From assembly GCA_965250085.1 (NCBI GenBank), contig OZ252287.1, forward strand, positions 1,056,001-1,120,000: a stretch of DNA of 64,000 nucleotides, written 5' to 3'. Positions 1-10,147 of the stretch are shown here, in pieces (the first letter of the stretch is position 1; every line of letters begins with the position of its first letter). Below the pieces are notes generated by a model, which made no database searches, was not told where the DNA came from, and saw only the letters and a list, made by a program, of their open reading frames with translations. The stretch comes from Candidatus Altimarinota bacterium. GTDB lineage: Bacteria; Patescibacteriota; Gracilibacteria; CAIRYL01. A program made the translations under genes and the position numbers.

Positions 1-486
1 CGTATTAACGAATCTCAACGGAGACTGGTAAGTTATTTTCAGCTCCTCGCAGGGATCGTGGCGTTTTTCTATATTTTCTTTGCTGGATTTCGAATGATTA
101 CAGCAGCTGGTGACGAAGAAATCATCACCGCTCAAAAAAACCATATTAAATGGGGTTTTGTAGGATTGATTTTTGTTATGCTTGCAGATCCGGCTATCAA
201 TCTTATCTTTTATCCCAATGAAGGAACAGATGGGCTTGGTGATCAAGAACTGAGTGTCTTATTTGCTGAAGGCCTTGGAGTGCTCAAATTTTTCCTAACA
301 TTTACGGGTGTTTTGGCGCTGATTTCACTCGTGGTATCCGCGTTCTTATATGTCACCTCCTTTGGAGATGAGAGTGCTACTGAAAAGGCCAAGAAAAACA
401 TAATCGGCTCTCTTATTGCTTTGGTTATTATTGTGATGGCCTTTGTCTTAATCGCAGTATTTGTTGGAGAAGGTGGGGGTATATAA
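1..486 (+). CDS. VirB2/TrbC-like (CPR pilin-type) repeat membrane protein, 5'-partial
   Basis: Frame is open from position 1. Two TM-hairpin units 'AGFRMITAAGDEE...KWGFVGLIFVMLA' and 'LYVTSFGDESATEKAKKNIIGSLIALVII', typical of the CPR pilin/VirB2-like family. Confidence 0.7.
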   Translation, partial: RINESQRRLVSYFQLLAGIVAFFYIFFAGFRMITAAGDEEIITAQKNHIKWGFVGLIFVMLADPAINLIFYPNEGTDGLGDQELSVLFAEGLGVLKFFLTFTGVLALISLVVSAFLYVTSFGDESATEKAKKNIIGSLIALVIIVMAFVLIAVFVGEGGGI

Positions 487-496
487 ATATTTCTTT

Positions 497-1498
497 ATGA
501 TATTTTCTTTCCGTGCGTATCGGCTCCCTTTTCTTTTCATGAGCATTGCCATATGTATCTTAATGGTCTCAGGTGTTTTTTCTACCACGGCAAGCGCCGA
601 AAAGAGCTCAAGGAATAGAATTTTTATAGCACAAAGAGACACGGATATACTGCCAATTGAAGATCCTACAGATTTCAACTCGGAAAATCCTGAATACAAA
701 GGCGGAACAGGATCAAATGAAGGAAGTGATAAAATAGTGGGAACACTGAAATCTATTATCACTTTTCTCAAGTATCTCATAGGGGTTCTTGCTTTCTCTT
801 GGTTCATTTGGGCCGGAATTCGCATGATTTCCGCGGGAGATAAAGAAGATCAAGCAAAGGCAGCTCAAAAAGGGGCACTGTACTCAATCGTGGCACTTCT
901 CTTGGTAGTACTAATAGAACCGCTTATTACGAATACACTTTTTGGAGGTGGAGCATTTGACCCTGGAGCCCAATTGGATCTAAAAAATATTGAAATCGCT
1001 ATTGGAGCTGGTTGGCTCGAAGTTATAGCTGTTGTTGAATGGGTCAAAGCCTTTTCAATTCTTCTAGGATTTGCATATCTTCTCTTTTCCGCGTGGAAAT
1101 TTTTGCAAGACTTGGGAGGAGAAGAGGAAATCTCAAAGCAGCGCATTACTCTTCTCTGGATGGCAGTAGGATTTATTGTGGTTGCTCTTGATAGGATCAT
1201 TATCCAAGAGGTTTTTTATAAAACATTCTTGGGCGTTGATGCACGAGTACTCTTTGAACAAAATGCGGTAAAAGGAATTCAGGAAATTGTAGGAATCTTG
1301 AATTATATGCTTCAGTTTCTGGGAATCATTGCGATTGGCATTATTATCTACGCTGGGTTTCTCATGATTACGAGTTTTGGAAATGAAGAAAATTGGGAAA
1401 AAGGCAAAAAAATTCTAACAGCTTCTGGCATTGGATTTCTTATTATTTTGATGTCATACATTCTCGTCAATAGCGTGCTTACAGGAAGGGTTTTGTAG
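497..1498 (+). CDS. Membrane protein with three VirB2/TrbC-like pilin repeats
   Basis: N-terminal signal-like segment, then units 'AGIRMISAGDKEDQAKAAQK', 'AWKFLQDLGGEEEISKQR' and 'AGFLMITSFGNEENWEKGKK'. ATG at 497 preferred over the ORF-track start at 461. Confidence 0.7.
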   Translation: MIFSFRAYRLPFLFMSIAICILMVSGVFSTTASAEKSSRNRIFIAQRDTDILPIEDPTDFNSENPEYKGGTGSNEGSDKIVGTLKSIITFLKYLIGVLAFSWFIWAGIRMISAGDKEDQAKAAQKGALYSIVALLLVVLIEPLITNTLFGGGAFDPGAQLDLKNIEIAIGAGWLEVIAVVEWVKAFSILLGFAYLLFSAWKFLQDLGGEEEISKQRITLLWMAVGFIVVALDRIIIQEVFYKTFLGVDARVLFEQNAVKGIQEIVGILNYMLQFLGIIAIGIIIYAGFLMITSFGNEENWEKGKKILTASGIGFLIILMSYILVNSVLTGRVL

Positions 1499-1510
1499 TT
1501 TTTTCTCCCT

Positions 1511-2176
1511 ATGCATTCATTTTTTTCAACACAGCGAAAATATTTTTATTTCTTCCTTCTTCTTGGAGGAGTGACAGCCTTTTTCCTTCTTTTTGGGGCC
1601 TACAATACGACCCTTGATGAACTCAATGCAAATCTGACGAATAGTCGCACACTATCATCACAGAATACTCCTCTTGCAAGATTTGTAACATTTCTGAAAC
1701 AGGGAGAATTGGAAAAACTTTCTGCAACAGAATTTTTTCGTTATCAAGGATTTTACGAATTTTTTCAAGATGTACAGCATTGTAGTATTATCACAGAAGT
1801 GACCACACACTCTACCTCAACAGGATTTTGGCTTCACTTTTTTTGTACTTCCTCGGGAAACAGCCTCCATCCATATTTTGGATTTTTTCAGACAGAAGGA
1901 GTAAAAGAGGTCTTATGGGGAAGAACCCCAAGAGGAAAGGTTCTTTCTCAAAAAGGACAGGAAAATAAGAAAATACTTGCTATCGAAAACATCTCATCTG
2001 TTCCTATCGACACAAACAGCATATGGACAAATTCTGAAGGGAATGTGATAGATGTTTCTGCTCAATCAAACAAAGGAGAAGTTCTTAAGGGAGAAGTAGC
2101 GCTCTTTGTAACTGATCGCACAGATGAAATTCTTCTTTTTGAGAGTGAATATGGGTTTTATTTGGATCTTCAATAA
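1511..2176 (+). CDS. Hypothetical protein with N-terminal membrane anchor
   Basis: 221-aa ORF, single hydrophobic N-terminal segment, follows the pilin-like genes directly. Confidence 0.6.
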   Translation: MHSFFSTQRKYFYFFLLLGGVTAFFLLFGAYNTTLDELNANLTNSRTLSSQNTPLARFVTFLKQGELEKLSATEFFRYQGFYEFFQDVQHCSIITEVTTHSTSTGFWLHFFCTSSGNSLHPYFGFFQTEGVKEVLWGRTPRGKVLSQKGQENKKILAIENISSVPIDTNSIWTNSEGNVIDVSAQSNKGEVLKGEVALFVTDRTDEILLFESEYGFYLDLQ

Positions 2177-2362
2177 GAAAATGATGAATTGCCGTCACCA
2201 TTCTAAGTTTTTGCAACATTCTTCCCTGTGATACTTCAAGTACTTTGTGAACAAAAGAGGAGAATTTCTTCAAGGACAAATGAATAACTTAATAAGCCGG
2301 TAGCAAGGAATAAGCTTTTCTCCTATACTTTTTTTGTAAAGAGATAATATTGTATTCCTTCC

Positions 2363-2800
2363 ATGTTCACACTTCAGGTCTCATTTCAAACTTCCCACAC
2401 AGATAAGTATCAGTTTCAAGAAAGAGACTTCTTTGAATATCTTAAAAAGACGGAAAAACTCAAACCCTCAAGCATTCCAATCAAAGAGGCAGAAATACAC
2501 CTTATCTTTGTAAATGATGAGTATATTCAATCTCTGAATAAACAATGGAGAAAAAAGAATACACCAACAAATGTGCTTTCTTTTTTTCTCTATAACCCAC
2601 AAATCTCTCCTCTTTTTGGAGAAATATATATATCCTTAGAAACAGCGAAAAGGCAGGCTCAAGAAAGAAAACACACTCTTCAGAAAGAAATGAACAAATT
2701 ATTTGTTCATGGATTGCTCCATCTTCTCGGACTTGATCATAAAAATGATACTGAAGCACAAAAAATGGAAGCTCTAGAAAAACAAATTTTAAAATCATAA
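2363..2800 (+). CDS. ybeY: rRNA maturation RNase YbeY
   Basis: 'LNKQWRKKNTPTNVLSF', 'GEIYIS', and metal motif 'HGLLHLLGLDH'. Confidence 0.95.
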   Translation: MFTLQVSFQTSHTDKYQFQERDFFEYLKKTEKLKPSSIPIKEAEIHLIFVNDEYIQSLNKQWRKKNTPTNVLSFFLYNPQISPLFGEIYISLETAKRQAQERKHTLQKEMNKLFVHGLLHLLGLDHKNDTEAQKMEALEKQILKS

Positions 2801-3000
2801 TCTGAGCTGTCCAGAAGCTTCTTCATGCTTGAACACAAATTGAAAACGAGTGCTATTAAAGTGATCAAAAAACAAAAAAAAGGTTTGCGCCAAAAAAAGT
2901 TTTTTGCCAGAATCAAGTTTACCTAATGATAGTCACATGATCACAGAGATCAAATGATCCAAGTTTTGTTGGAGAAGCATATTCATTTTTTATATTTTTC

Positions 3001-4227
3001 ATGGCCCGAGACACCGTTATTGCCGCTCTAGACATCGGAAATTCAAAAATACGAACTGTTATTGGAGTACTCTCTTCTGAAAAAAAAGAACCTCATATTA
3101 TTGGTATTGGACTTTCCCCTTCTCAAGGACTGAGAAAAGGCGCGGTGATTGATGTGGAAGAAGTTATTAACAATATTTCTGCATCACTCGAAGACGCAGA
3201 AAGGATGAGTGGCGTTCCTATTCATCATGTTTTTGTAGGAGTAGGAGGTTCTCACATTGAGTCCATCACTTCAAAAGGAGTTATTGCCATTGGAGGAAGA
3301 GAGATTCGAGAAGAAGAGGTAAATAGAGTTCTTGAAGCCGCACAGGCACTATCATTACCTCCAAATAGAAGAATATTGCGCATCATTCCCAAAAGTTTTT
3401 CTGTGGATGATCAAAAAGGAATTAAGAGCCCTCTTGGCATGAGTGGCATTCGACTGGAAGTAGAAGCACATATCATTACCGGTCAAGTACAGATTGTACA
3501 AAACATTGAGAAGTGTATACATCAAGCAGGGGTAGATATAAATGATCTTGTTCCTACTTCTCTTGCTGTGGCAGAAGCGGTCCTTTCTAAAAGACAAAAA
3601 GAACTGGGAGTAGTGGCCATTGATGTTGGATGCGATGCAACCTCCATCGTTGTTTATGAAGAGGGAAGCGTTCTTCATTCAGCGGTTATCCCCGTAGGAG
3701 GCTCATCTGTTACAAACGATATTGCCATCGGACTCAGAACTTCAATTGATACTGCAGAAAAAATTAAAATCGAATATGGCAATACCGACCCAGAAGATAT
3801 TAGTGACCGAGAAACAATCGATCTGGGACTCCTTTCCAAAATTGATAATCAAAAGATTTCTAAAAAGCATCTTGCAGAAATCATTCAAGCCAGATATCAC
3901 GAAATTTTCTTAATGGTAAAAGATGAACTCAGGACCATTGGTCGGGACGGAATGCTTCCTGCCGGAGCTATTTTGACCGGAGCAGCTGTAAAAATGCCAG
4001 GAGTACTTAATCTCTCTCGAGAAATTCTCGGACTCCCTGTCCAAATAGGGTTCCCACAAGAGGTTTCTGGAGTAGTGGATAAAATAGATGATCCCTCATT
4101 TGTAACAGCTATCGGACTCCTCCTTTGGGGAAGCAGATATGAAAGTGCTCGAAACTACACACTCGGTATTAATTTTGGAAAAGTCGGAAGCAATATTAAA
4201 AGCTTTTTTCAAAAACTGCTTCCATAA
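3001..4227 (+). CDS. ftsA: Cell division protein FtsA
   Basis: 'ALDIGNSKI', 'GLRKGAVID', 'VGGSSVTNDIAIGLRT'; directly upstream of ftsZ. Confidence 0.97.
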   Translation: MARDTVIAALDIGNSKIRTVIGVLSSEKKEPHIIGIGLSPSQGLRKGAVIDVEEVINNISASLEDAERMSGVPIHHVFVGVGGSHIESITSKGVIAIGGREIREEEVNRVLEAAQALSLPPNRRILRIIPKSFSVDDQKGIKSPLGMSGIRLEVEAHIITGQVQIVQNIEKCIHQAGVDINDLVPTSLAVAEAVLSKRQKELGVVAIDVGCDATSIVVYEEGSVLHSAVIPVGGSSVTNDIAIGLRTSIDTAEKIKIEYGNTDPEDISDRETIDLGLLSKIDNQKISKKHLAEIIQARYHEIFLMVKDELRTIGRDGMLPAGAILTGAAVKMPGVLNLSREILGLPVQIGFPQEVSGVVDKIDDPSFVTAIGLLLWGSRYESARNYTLGINFGKVGSNIKSFFQKLLP

Positions 4228-4334
4228 ATCATACGATTCAGCACTTCTGTCCATATTACAATCCATAAGCTTCATTTTTTCTTCTGCTACTTTATAAACT
4301 TTTTTTAATTTTTCATTTTCTAACTTCTTTCCCT

Positions 4335-5492
4335 ATGTCTGATTCACATCTTAAATCGCTCTTCGGAAGAAATACGGTTTCTCAAAGCAAGGAGAGTGCG
4401 GAGTTTGCTCCACCGATGTCACCTTCTGCATCCATCAAAGTTATTGGAATTGGCGGTGGCGGTGGCAATGCTGTTAACCGAATGATCAAAACTCAAATTG
4501 ATGGAGTCGAATTCATTACACTCAATACAGATGCTCAGGCACTCTACTATTCGGAAGCTTCAAAGAAGATAAATATTGGAAAAGGTACTACAAAAGGATT
4601 AGGCGCTGGAGCAAACCCAGAGATCGGTAAACGCTCTGCTGAAGAATCCAGTGAAGAAATCAGGGCTGCTCTCGAAGGAGCTGACATGGTCTTTATTACC
4701 TGTGGACTGGGGGGAGGAACGGGGACTGGAGGAGCTCCTATTATTGCAGAAATTGCACGAGAATTGGGAGCACTCACCGTTGGAGTTGTTACACGTCCTT
4801 TTTCTTTTGAAGGTGCGAATCGTCGTAATCAGTCACTCGATGGACTGGAGGAACTCAAAGAAAAGGTGGATACACTGATTACCATCCCGAATGATCGCCT
4901 GCTTTCATTGATCGATAAAAAAATGCCACTCACAGAAGCATTCAGTGTGGTGGATGATGTCCTCAGGCAAGGTATTCAGGGTATTGCGGAACTGATCACG
5001 GTACATGGACTCATTAATGTGGATTTTGCAGATGTACAGACTATTATGAAAGATGCCGGATCCGCTCTTATGGGTATTGGATTTGCAACCGGAGAAAACA
5101 GAGCTGCTGAAGCCGCAAAAGCTGCGATTAATTCTCCACTTCTAGAGATGTCAATAGACGGAGCAAAAGGCATTTTGATTAATATTACCGGAGGAAATGA
5201 TCTTTCGATGTTTGAAGTGGACGAAGCGGCTCGTGTCGTGACAGAAGCAGCAGACCCAGAGGCAAATATTATTTTTGGAGCAGTGGTCAATGATGACTAT
5301 ACTGGCGAAATGAAAATCACGGTTATTGCCACTGGATTTGATGAAGATGCCCAACAATCTTCTGAAGAAATGAATGGAGCATGGGGAGGAAAAGTACAAA
5401 GATTGAATGGGTCATCAGGAAGCTCTTCAACTCCGAAGCAAGAAGAAGATCTTGAAGTGCCAGCGTTTTTACGAAAGAGTCTGAAGAAGTAG
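4335..5492 (+). CDS. ftsZ: Cell division protein FtsZ
   Basis: '[17 protein letters not shown]', tubulin signature 'GGGTGTG', C-terminal 'LEVPAFLRK'. Confidence 0.99.
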   Translation: MSDSHLKSLFGRNTVSQSKESAEFAPPMSPSASIKVIGIGGGGGNAVNRMIKTQIDGVEFITLNTDAQALYYSEASKKINIGKGTTKGLGAGANPEIGKRSAEESSEEIRAALEGADMVFITCGLGGGTGTGGAPIIAEIARELGALTVGVVTRPFSFEGANRRNQSLDGLEELKEKVDTLITIPNDRLLSLIDKKMPLTEAFSVVDDVLRQGIQGIAELITVHGLINVDFADVQTIMKDAGSALMGIGFATGENRAAEAAKAAINSPLLEMSIDGAKGILINITGGNDLSMFEVDEAARVVTEAADPEANIIFGAVVNDDYTGEMKITVIATGFDEDAQQSSEEMNGAWGGKVQRLNGSSGSSSTPKQEEDLEVPAFLRKSLKK

Positions 5493-5518
5493 AGAGTGAT
5501 ACGTTTATGAAATTAAAA

Positions 5519-5554
5519 AAATGGAGGAGAGAATTCGAATTCTCTCCTCCATTT
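5519..5554 (+). terminator. Perfect 36-bp palindrome after ftsZ, probable intrinsic terminator
   Basis: AAATGGAGGAGAGAATTCGAATTCTCTCCTCCATTT is its own reverse complement and begins 27 bp after the ftsZ stop. Confidence 0.7.
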
Positions 5555-5573
5555 CTATATACTTCCAAGTGAC

Positions 5574-6521
5574 ATGAATTTCCAGAACACCCTTTGGCAG
5601 GAAAAAAAATGGGAAACTTTTCAGAAAAAGTGTGAAAATGAAACATTTCGTATAGGAGATACTTTGATAATTGTTCGAAGAACTTTTGGTGGAAGAGTAT
5701 TTTTTGAAATTCCTCGCAAGAATATTGCAAAATGCTCTTCAAATTTTTGGAAGGAACTTGAAGAGGAAGCACAGAAAGAATCAGCTGTCTTTACTCGTGT
5801 ATTTCCGGCAGATAAAATACTTCCCCTTAAGGAGGGGGATAAAAGGGGTTGCAAATCAATAAACCCACCCGACCTCCCTTTCCAAGGGAGGAGAAAAGGG
5901 GTTCCTGAAGTTTTCCCTGAACATACTTTGTTTCTGAATCTCTCTCAACCTTTTCAGGAGCTTCTGAGTGACATGAAGCAAAAGGGGAGATACAACATTC
6001 GCCTCGCAGAGAAAAAAGGTGTTCATGTCTACGAAAGCACCAATATAGATACTTTTTATAATCTTCTGAAACAAACAACTGAGCGAGATGGATTTTCCGC
6101 TCACTCCAAACAGGTGTATCAAACCCTTCTCGAGACCTTTCATCATGATGCACTGCTTCTGGTGGCAGAATATAATAAGGAAGTCATTTCTGCTGGTATT
6201 TTTCTATTTTCAGGAGATACTGCGACATATTATTACGGAGCTTCCAGTAATATACACCGCAATGTTATGGCGCCATACCTCTTGCAATGGAAAGCAATAC
6301 AAGAGGCACAAAAGAGAGGGTGCGGATGGTATGATTTTTTAGGAATTGCGCCAAAAAATAATCCTCAGCATGGACTGGCAGGAGTTTCGAGTTTTAAGGA
6401 AAAATTTGGAGGCATACGCCATGTATATGCTCCAGCGTTTGAAGTGGTGCATGACAAAAAGTGGTATTTTTTTCTGAAAGTGGCGCAAAAGTTAAAAAAA
6501 CTCTTTAGGTCCTCTAAGTAG
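5574..6521 (+). CDS. FemABX-family peptidoglycan bridge aminoacyltransferase
   Basis: 'LLSDMKQKGRYNIRLAEKKGV', 'ATYYYGASS', 'APYLLQWKAIQEA', 'YDFLGI', 'GVSSFKEKFGG'. Confidence 0.9.
   Translation: MNFQNTLWQEKKWETFQKKCENETFRIGDTLIIVRRTFGGRVFFEIPRKNIAKCSSNFWKELEEEAQKESAVFTRVFPADKILPLKEGDKRGCKSINPPDLPFQGRRKGVPEVFPEHTLFLNLSQPFQELLSDMKQKGRYNIRLAEKKGVHVYESTNIDTFYNLLKQTTERDGFSAHSKQVYQTLLETFHHDALLLVAEYNKEVISAGIFLFSGDTATYYYGASSNIHRNVMAPYLLQWKAIQEAQKRGCGWYDFLGIAPKNNPQHGLAGVSSFKEKFGGIRHVYAPAFEVVHDKKWYFFLKVAQKLKKLFRSSK
5821..5893. repeat. Inverted doublet of the C/G hairpin repeat, in frame in the FemABX gene
   Basis: TTCCCCTTAAGGAGGGGGATAAAAGGGGTT, a 10-bp spacer, then AAACCCACCCGACCTCCCTTTCCAAGGGAGGAG. 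Encodes LPLKEGDKRGCKSINPPDLPFQGRR. Confidence 0.75.
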
Positions 6522-6936
6522 CCTGAGGAGGCTCCTCATTCAGAAAATCGTGAATATCATCAATCTCAGACTTGTCACCTTGTTGAGTTATAATCGCCTC
6601 CACTTTTTCATCATATTCTTTCTCCATTTTCTTCATCTCCTCCATAAAATTATTTACAAGTGACACAATTTGAGAAGCTCTTTTTCGAATCTCTGCTTTA
6701 TTTTCTGGTTTTCCTTCTAATGTTCCATCAATTTCTTTCAGTCTTTCTTGCAAAATATCCTGGGCAATATCTTCTAGAACTGTTGTGGTTCTTAAAAACT
6801 CTACGATCGCCTGCAAGAGTTCCTCTGAATATGGTTCTCCTTGTTCAATCTGCTCGATGAGTACCCACTTTTGTGTATCAGAGAGAAGTGGAGAATATTC
6901 TACGCCATTGAGAAGTGCTGTGTATTGCGGATTCAT
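6514..6936 (-). CDS. Hypothetical acidic helical protein
   Basis: 140-aa ORF 18 bp downstream of 6954..8768 on the same strand. Confidence 0.7.
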   Translation of the reverse strand: MNPQYTALLNGVEYSPLLSDTQKWVLIEQIEQGEPYSEELLQAIVEFLRTTTVLEDIAQDILQERLKEIDGTLEGKPENKAEIRKRASQIVSLVNNFMEEMKKMEKEYDEKVEAIITQQGDKSEIDDIHDFLNEEPPQAT

Positions 6937-6953
6937 AAAAAGTAGATAATAGA

Positions 6954-8768
6954 TTATGCGGCTTTAGTCTCTTTTTCTTCACTCTCACTTGACCCGCTCT
7001 TTTCGTGAGACGTTTTTTCCAGAGTAATAGAGTCTTGGTCTACAGCAGAGAGGTACACAGAAGAAGAGCTCTGATGTCCATATCGAAAGAAGGTATGGTT
7101 TTTTAAATCGATTACAAAATGCTTTTTCTTGGAATCCGAAGATTGAAGAGTTACCCATATTTGTCCGTTTTTATCATGTTGTTCGACATCAAAAGAAAGC
7201 TTGTTTCCAGAATCCAATCCAAGTTTTTCTTCTACAAGTTTTTGATATTCTGTAGCGAATGAAAAACTGGCGACTTGTCCTTTTTTCCATCGTCTCCCGT
7301 TGTTTCTGTCTGTAAACGCTTTTGCAACGTCCAGAGCTTCATCTTTATCTGGTGTATGGGCATCATATATTCTTAAATCTTCTTTTATCGCTGCAAGAGA
7401 TATTTGCTTACCTTCAAAAGCAAGAGTGTTGTCTTTCAAATTAATGACCACAGCTCGTGGCATGCTTTCTGTGGTCTTGAGAGTAATCATATCTCTTGAA
7501 ATAGCAGTCACTTTGGAAGTACTTTTTAGAGCTTCTCGAAGTTCTTTTCTAGAATTGCTATCCCCCCAATATTTTATATATTCATTATTGAAGACAACCT
7601 GTATTCGACTATCTACTTGGAGTTCTTTACTTGTAATTTTTTCCCGTAAATATGCGCTCCTACCTTTCGCAGACTGTGTTCCCTCTTCAGCATGCTCAGA
7701 AACTTTTTTCGTATGTCCAATTTCGTCTTTTCGAATGCTCACCTTCCCCACTTCCCATCCAGCCATAGTTCGGAGAGTTCTTGTCCCCAAAGTGCCAAAA
7801 AGGTTTTGCTTGAGAGCCCTTCTGAGCGGACCAATATAGGCGGTCATGCCTTTTTCTCCCATTCTTCGTTCGAGTTCTCTTGGCATGTATCCAGTACGCA
7901 TCATGCTCTGTTTATATTTTTCAAAATCTTCGGCAGATATTTCTGCCTTTTCCCGAAGGGTTGTCTGAAGTTTTTCTAAGTTGTTTGCAGCTTTGTTATT
8001 CGCAAATACTGTATCAGCAGAATCAATCTTTGTATTGAGTCTTCTAATAGATTTGTCCAGTGCCCATATTTGCCTCTTTAAATTTCGTGCACCTTCTTGT
8101 CTCAAAACCACTTCTTGAGTTTTTTCTTTCAGTCTTGAAACACCATTCCAGAGTTTTGCATGTAGAGCCCATCCTGAAGACTTGGTTGTTTCCAAAATAC
8201 TATCAAGAGTTGTCGAAGATTCAGAAGATATGTCTTCAAATCTTCGTCTCATCTGTTGTCCCTCTTCATAAGTATCAGATTGAACACCATGAGTTGCTTC
8301 CAATTCCGTCAGAATTCGAGTTCTTTCATTCGCTAAAGCATCACGAGAAAGAATACGAGTTTGTGCGGAAGAAGAGACTCGCTCGGTAGCAATACCCATA
8401 ATCCTCCTTTGTGTCAGCTCTGTGATTTGTCCAACTCTTCCTTGATACATTTTTCTTTCATGAGCAACTGTATCTTCCATTTCTCGGCGAATACGAGCTG
8501 GAAGAGTTGCATGAGCTCTTCTTCGCACGAGTCGAGAGGGGAGACCGGCAAAAAGTATTCTCCCTGATTCAGTTTCAACAACACTTCGAGCTTTTTCTGC
8601 GAGTTCTCCTAATTGTTCAGTACTTTCTACATGAAGCTTTTTGGCAGGATCAATATCGGGGGTCTCACTCGTTTCTGATGCTTCAGGATCGGAAGATTTT
8701 GCAATGCTTTTTCGCTCTCCATAGAGAGTCTCTGAAAAAAGAAAAAAATCATTTCGTGAAATATCCAT
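6954..8768 (-). CDS. Large hypothetical protein, coiled-coil N-terminal half
   Basis: 604-aa uninterrupted ORF with charged helical composition; no family recognised. Confidence 0.8.
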   Translation of the reverse strand: MDISRNDFFLFSETLYGERKSIAKSSDPEASETSETPDIDPAKKLHVESTEQLGELAEKARSVVETESGRILFAGLPSRLVRRRAHATLPARIRREMEDTVAHERKMYQGRVGQITELTQRRIMGIATERVSSSAQTRILSRDALANERTRILTELEATHGVQSDTYEEGQQMRRRFEDISSESSTTLDSILETTKSSGWALHAKLWNGVSRLKEKTQEVVLRQEGARNLKRQIWALDKSIRRLNTKIDSADTVFANNKAANNLEKLQTTLREKAEISAEDFEKYKQSMMRTGYMPRELERRMGEKGMTAYIGPLRRALKQNLFGTLGTRTLRTMAGWEVGKVSIRKDEIGHTKKVSEHAEEGTQSAKGRSAYLREKITSKELQVDSRIQVVFNNEYIKYWGDSNSRKELREALKSTSKVTAISRDMITLKTTESMPRAVVINLKDNTLAFEGKQISLAAIKEDLRIYDAHTPDKDEALDVAKAFTDRNNGRRWKKGQVASFSFATEYQKLVEEKLGLDSGNKLSFDVEQHDKNGQIWVTLQSSDSKKKHFVIDLKNHTFFRYGHQSSSSVYLSAVDQDSITLEKTSHEKSGSSESEEKETKAA

Positions 8769-8813
8769 TTTTGTATTAATATATCATGTAATTGTACCAA
8801 AATATCAGAAAAA

Positions 8814-8842
8814 TTGCAATTGAATATGCTTTCTGCCACAAT
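8814..8842 (+). promoter_or_regulatory. Putative sigma70 promoter of tig
   Basis: TTGCAA-17 bp-CACAAT with TG extended -10, about 20 bp upstream of ATG 8864. Confidence 0.5.
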
Positions 8843-8863
8843 GCCCTGGAATATTTTTTCTCT

Positions 8864-10147
8864 ATGCAAACCACCCAAAAAACACTTCCCAAGTCCCAAA
8901 TACTTCTGACCGTAGAACTCGAAGATGCCGAATGGAAAAAGTATCGAGATCAAGCAGTTCGCAAACTGGGAGAAAAAGCAGAATTTTCGGGATTCCGAAA
9001 AGGACATGTTCCGGAAAAAGTGTTACTCGAAAAACTTGGAGAACATGCCATCCTTGCTGAAGCAATGGACTTGGCGCTTCCTCAGACGTATATGGATGCG
9101 GTAAAAACAGAGGATATCCATCCTATTGCTCATCCAGACATCAAGCTTCTTTCAGAATCTCCTTTTCGATATGAAGCTACCATTTCTATCATGCCAGAGG
9201 TGGAGCTAAAGCCGCTGAAAATGAAGCTTCAGAAAGAAAAATTTACTGTGACTGAAAAAGAAATTGAGCAAATGATCGTGCAATTTCAAAATCAGCTTGC
9301 AGAGAAAAAAGAAGTAGATCGTGCAATAAGAAAAGGAGACACTGCTCTTGTTGATTTTGAAGGCTTTGATACTGATGGCGTTTCTCTCGAAGGCACTCAA
9401 AGTAAAAACCATCCGGTAGAAATTGGATCAAAAATGATGATTCCCGGATTTGAAGAAGAATTGATAGGACTCAAAAAAGGAGAAACGAAGTCTTTTGAAG
9501 TCACCTTTCCCAAGGACTATCAAGCTGCGCGCATGGCAGGAAAGAAGGTGCGTTTTGAAATCGCTGTTCACGCAGTAGAAGAAAAAGTTCTGCCAAAGGT
9601 AGATGAAGACTTTGTCAAAAACCTTACCGGCAAGAAAAAGCCAGTTTCTGGACTTAAAAAAGAGATCAAAGAAGCTCTCTTAGAAAAAAAACAAAATGAG
9701 CAAAGAAAAGAGCACGAAAATCAACTTTTGGATGCTGTATTTATTTCTACAATAGTAGATATGCCAGAAATACTTATTGATGAAGAAGTCAATTATTTGC
9801 TCGACAATATTAAAATGCAAGGGCTGCAACAAGGAATCACTTGGGAAAATCATTTGATGCATCTCAAAAAATCGGAAGAAGATCTCAAAAAAGAGCTTCG
9901 ATCACAAGCAGAAAAACAAAGTACCACTCGACTGGGGATCCAGAAATTTATCGCAGAGGAAGGCAAAAAAATCTCTGATACAGACATTCAAAAAGAAGTA
10001 AATTTGCTCCTCCAACGAACACCTGAAGAAAAACAAGCAGAGCAAAAGCAGAAGTTGCAAAAGGGTGCTGAAGGATGGAAAAATATTGAAAACAAGATAA
10101 AAGTGCAGAAATGGATGGATGAGAAGATCTCGGAACATGAATCATGA
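8864..10147 (+). CDS. tig: Trigger factor
   Basis: Ribosome-binding motif 'GFRKGHVP' and FKBP domain 'MIPGFEEELIG...VTFPKDYQA'. Start moved to ATG 8864 (MQTTQKTLPKS). Confidence 0.96.
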   Translation: MQTTQKTLPKSQILLTVELEDAEWKKYRDQAVRKLGEKAEFSGFRKGHVPEKVLLEKLGEHAILAEAMDLALPQTYMDAVKTEDIHPIAHPDIKLLSESPFRYEATISIMPEVELKPLKMKLQKEKFTVTEKEIEQMIVQFQNQLAEKKEVDRAIRKGDTALVDFEGFDTDGVSLEGTQSKNHPVEIGSKMMIPGFEEELIGLKKGETKSFEVTFPKDYQAARMAGKKVRFEIAVHAVEEKVLPKVDEDFVKNLTGKKKPVSGLKKEIKEALLEKKQNEQRKEHENQLLDAVFISTIVDMPEILIDEEVNYLLDNIKMQGLQQGITWENHLMHLKKSEEDLKKELRSQAEKQSTTRLGIQKFIAEEGKKISDTDIQKEVNLLLQRTPEEKQAEQKQKLQKGAEGWKNIENKIKVQKWMDEKISEHES

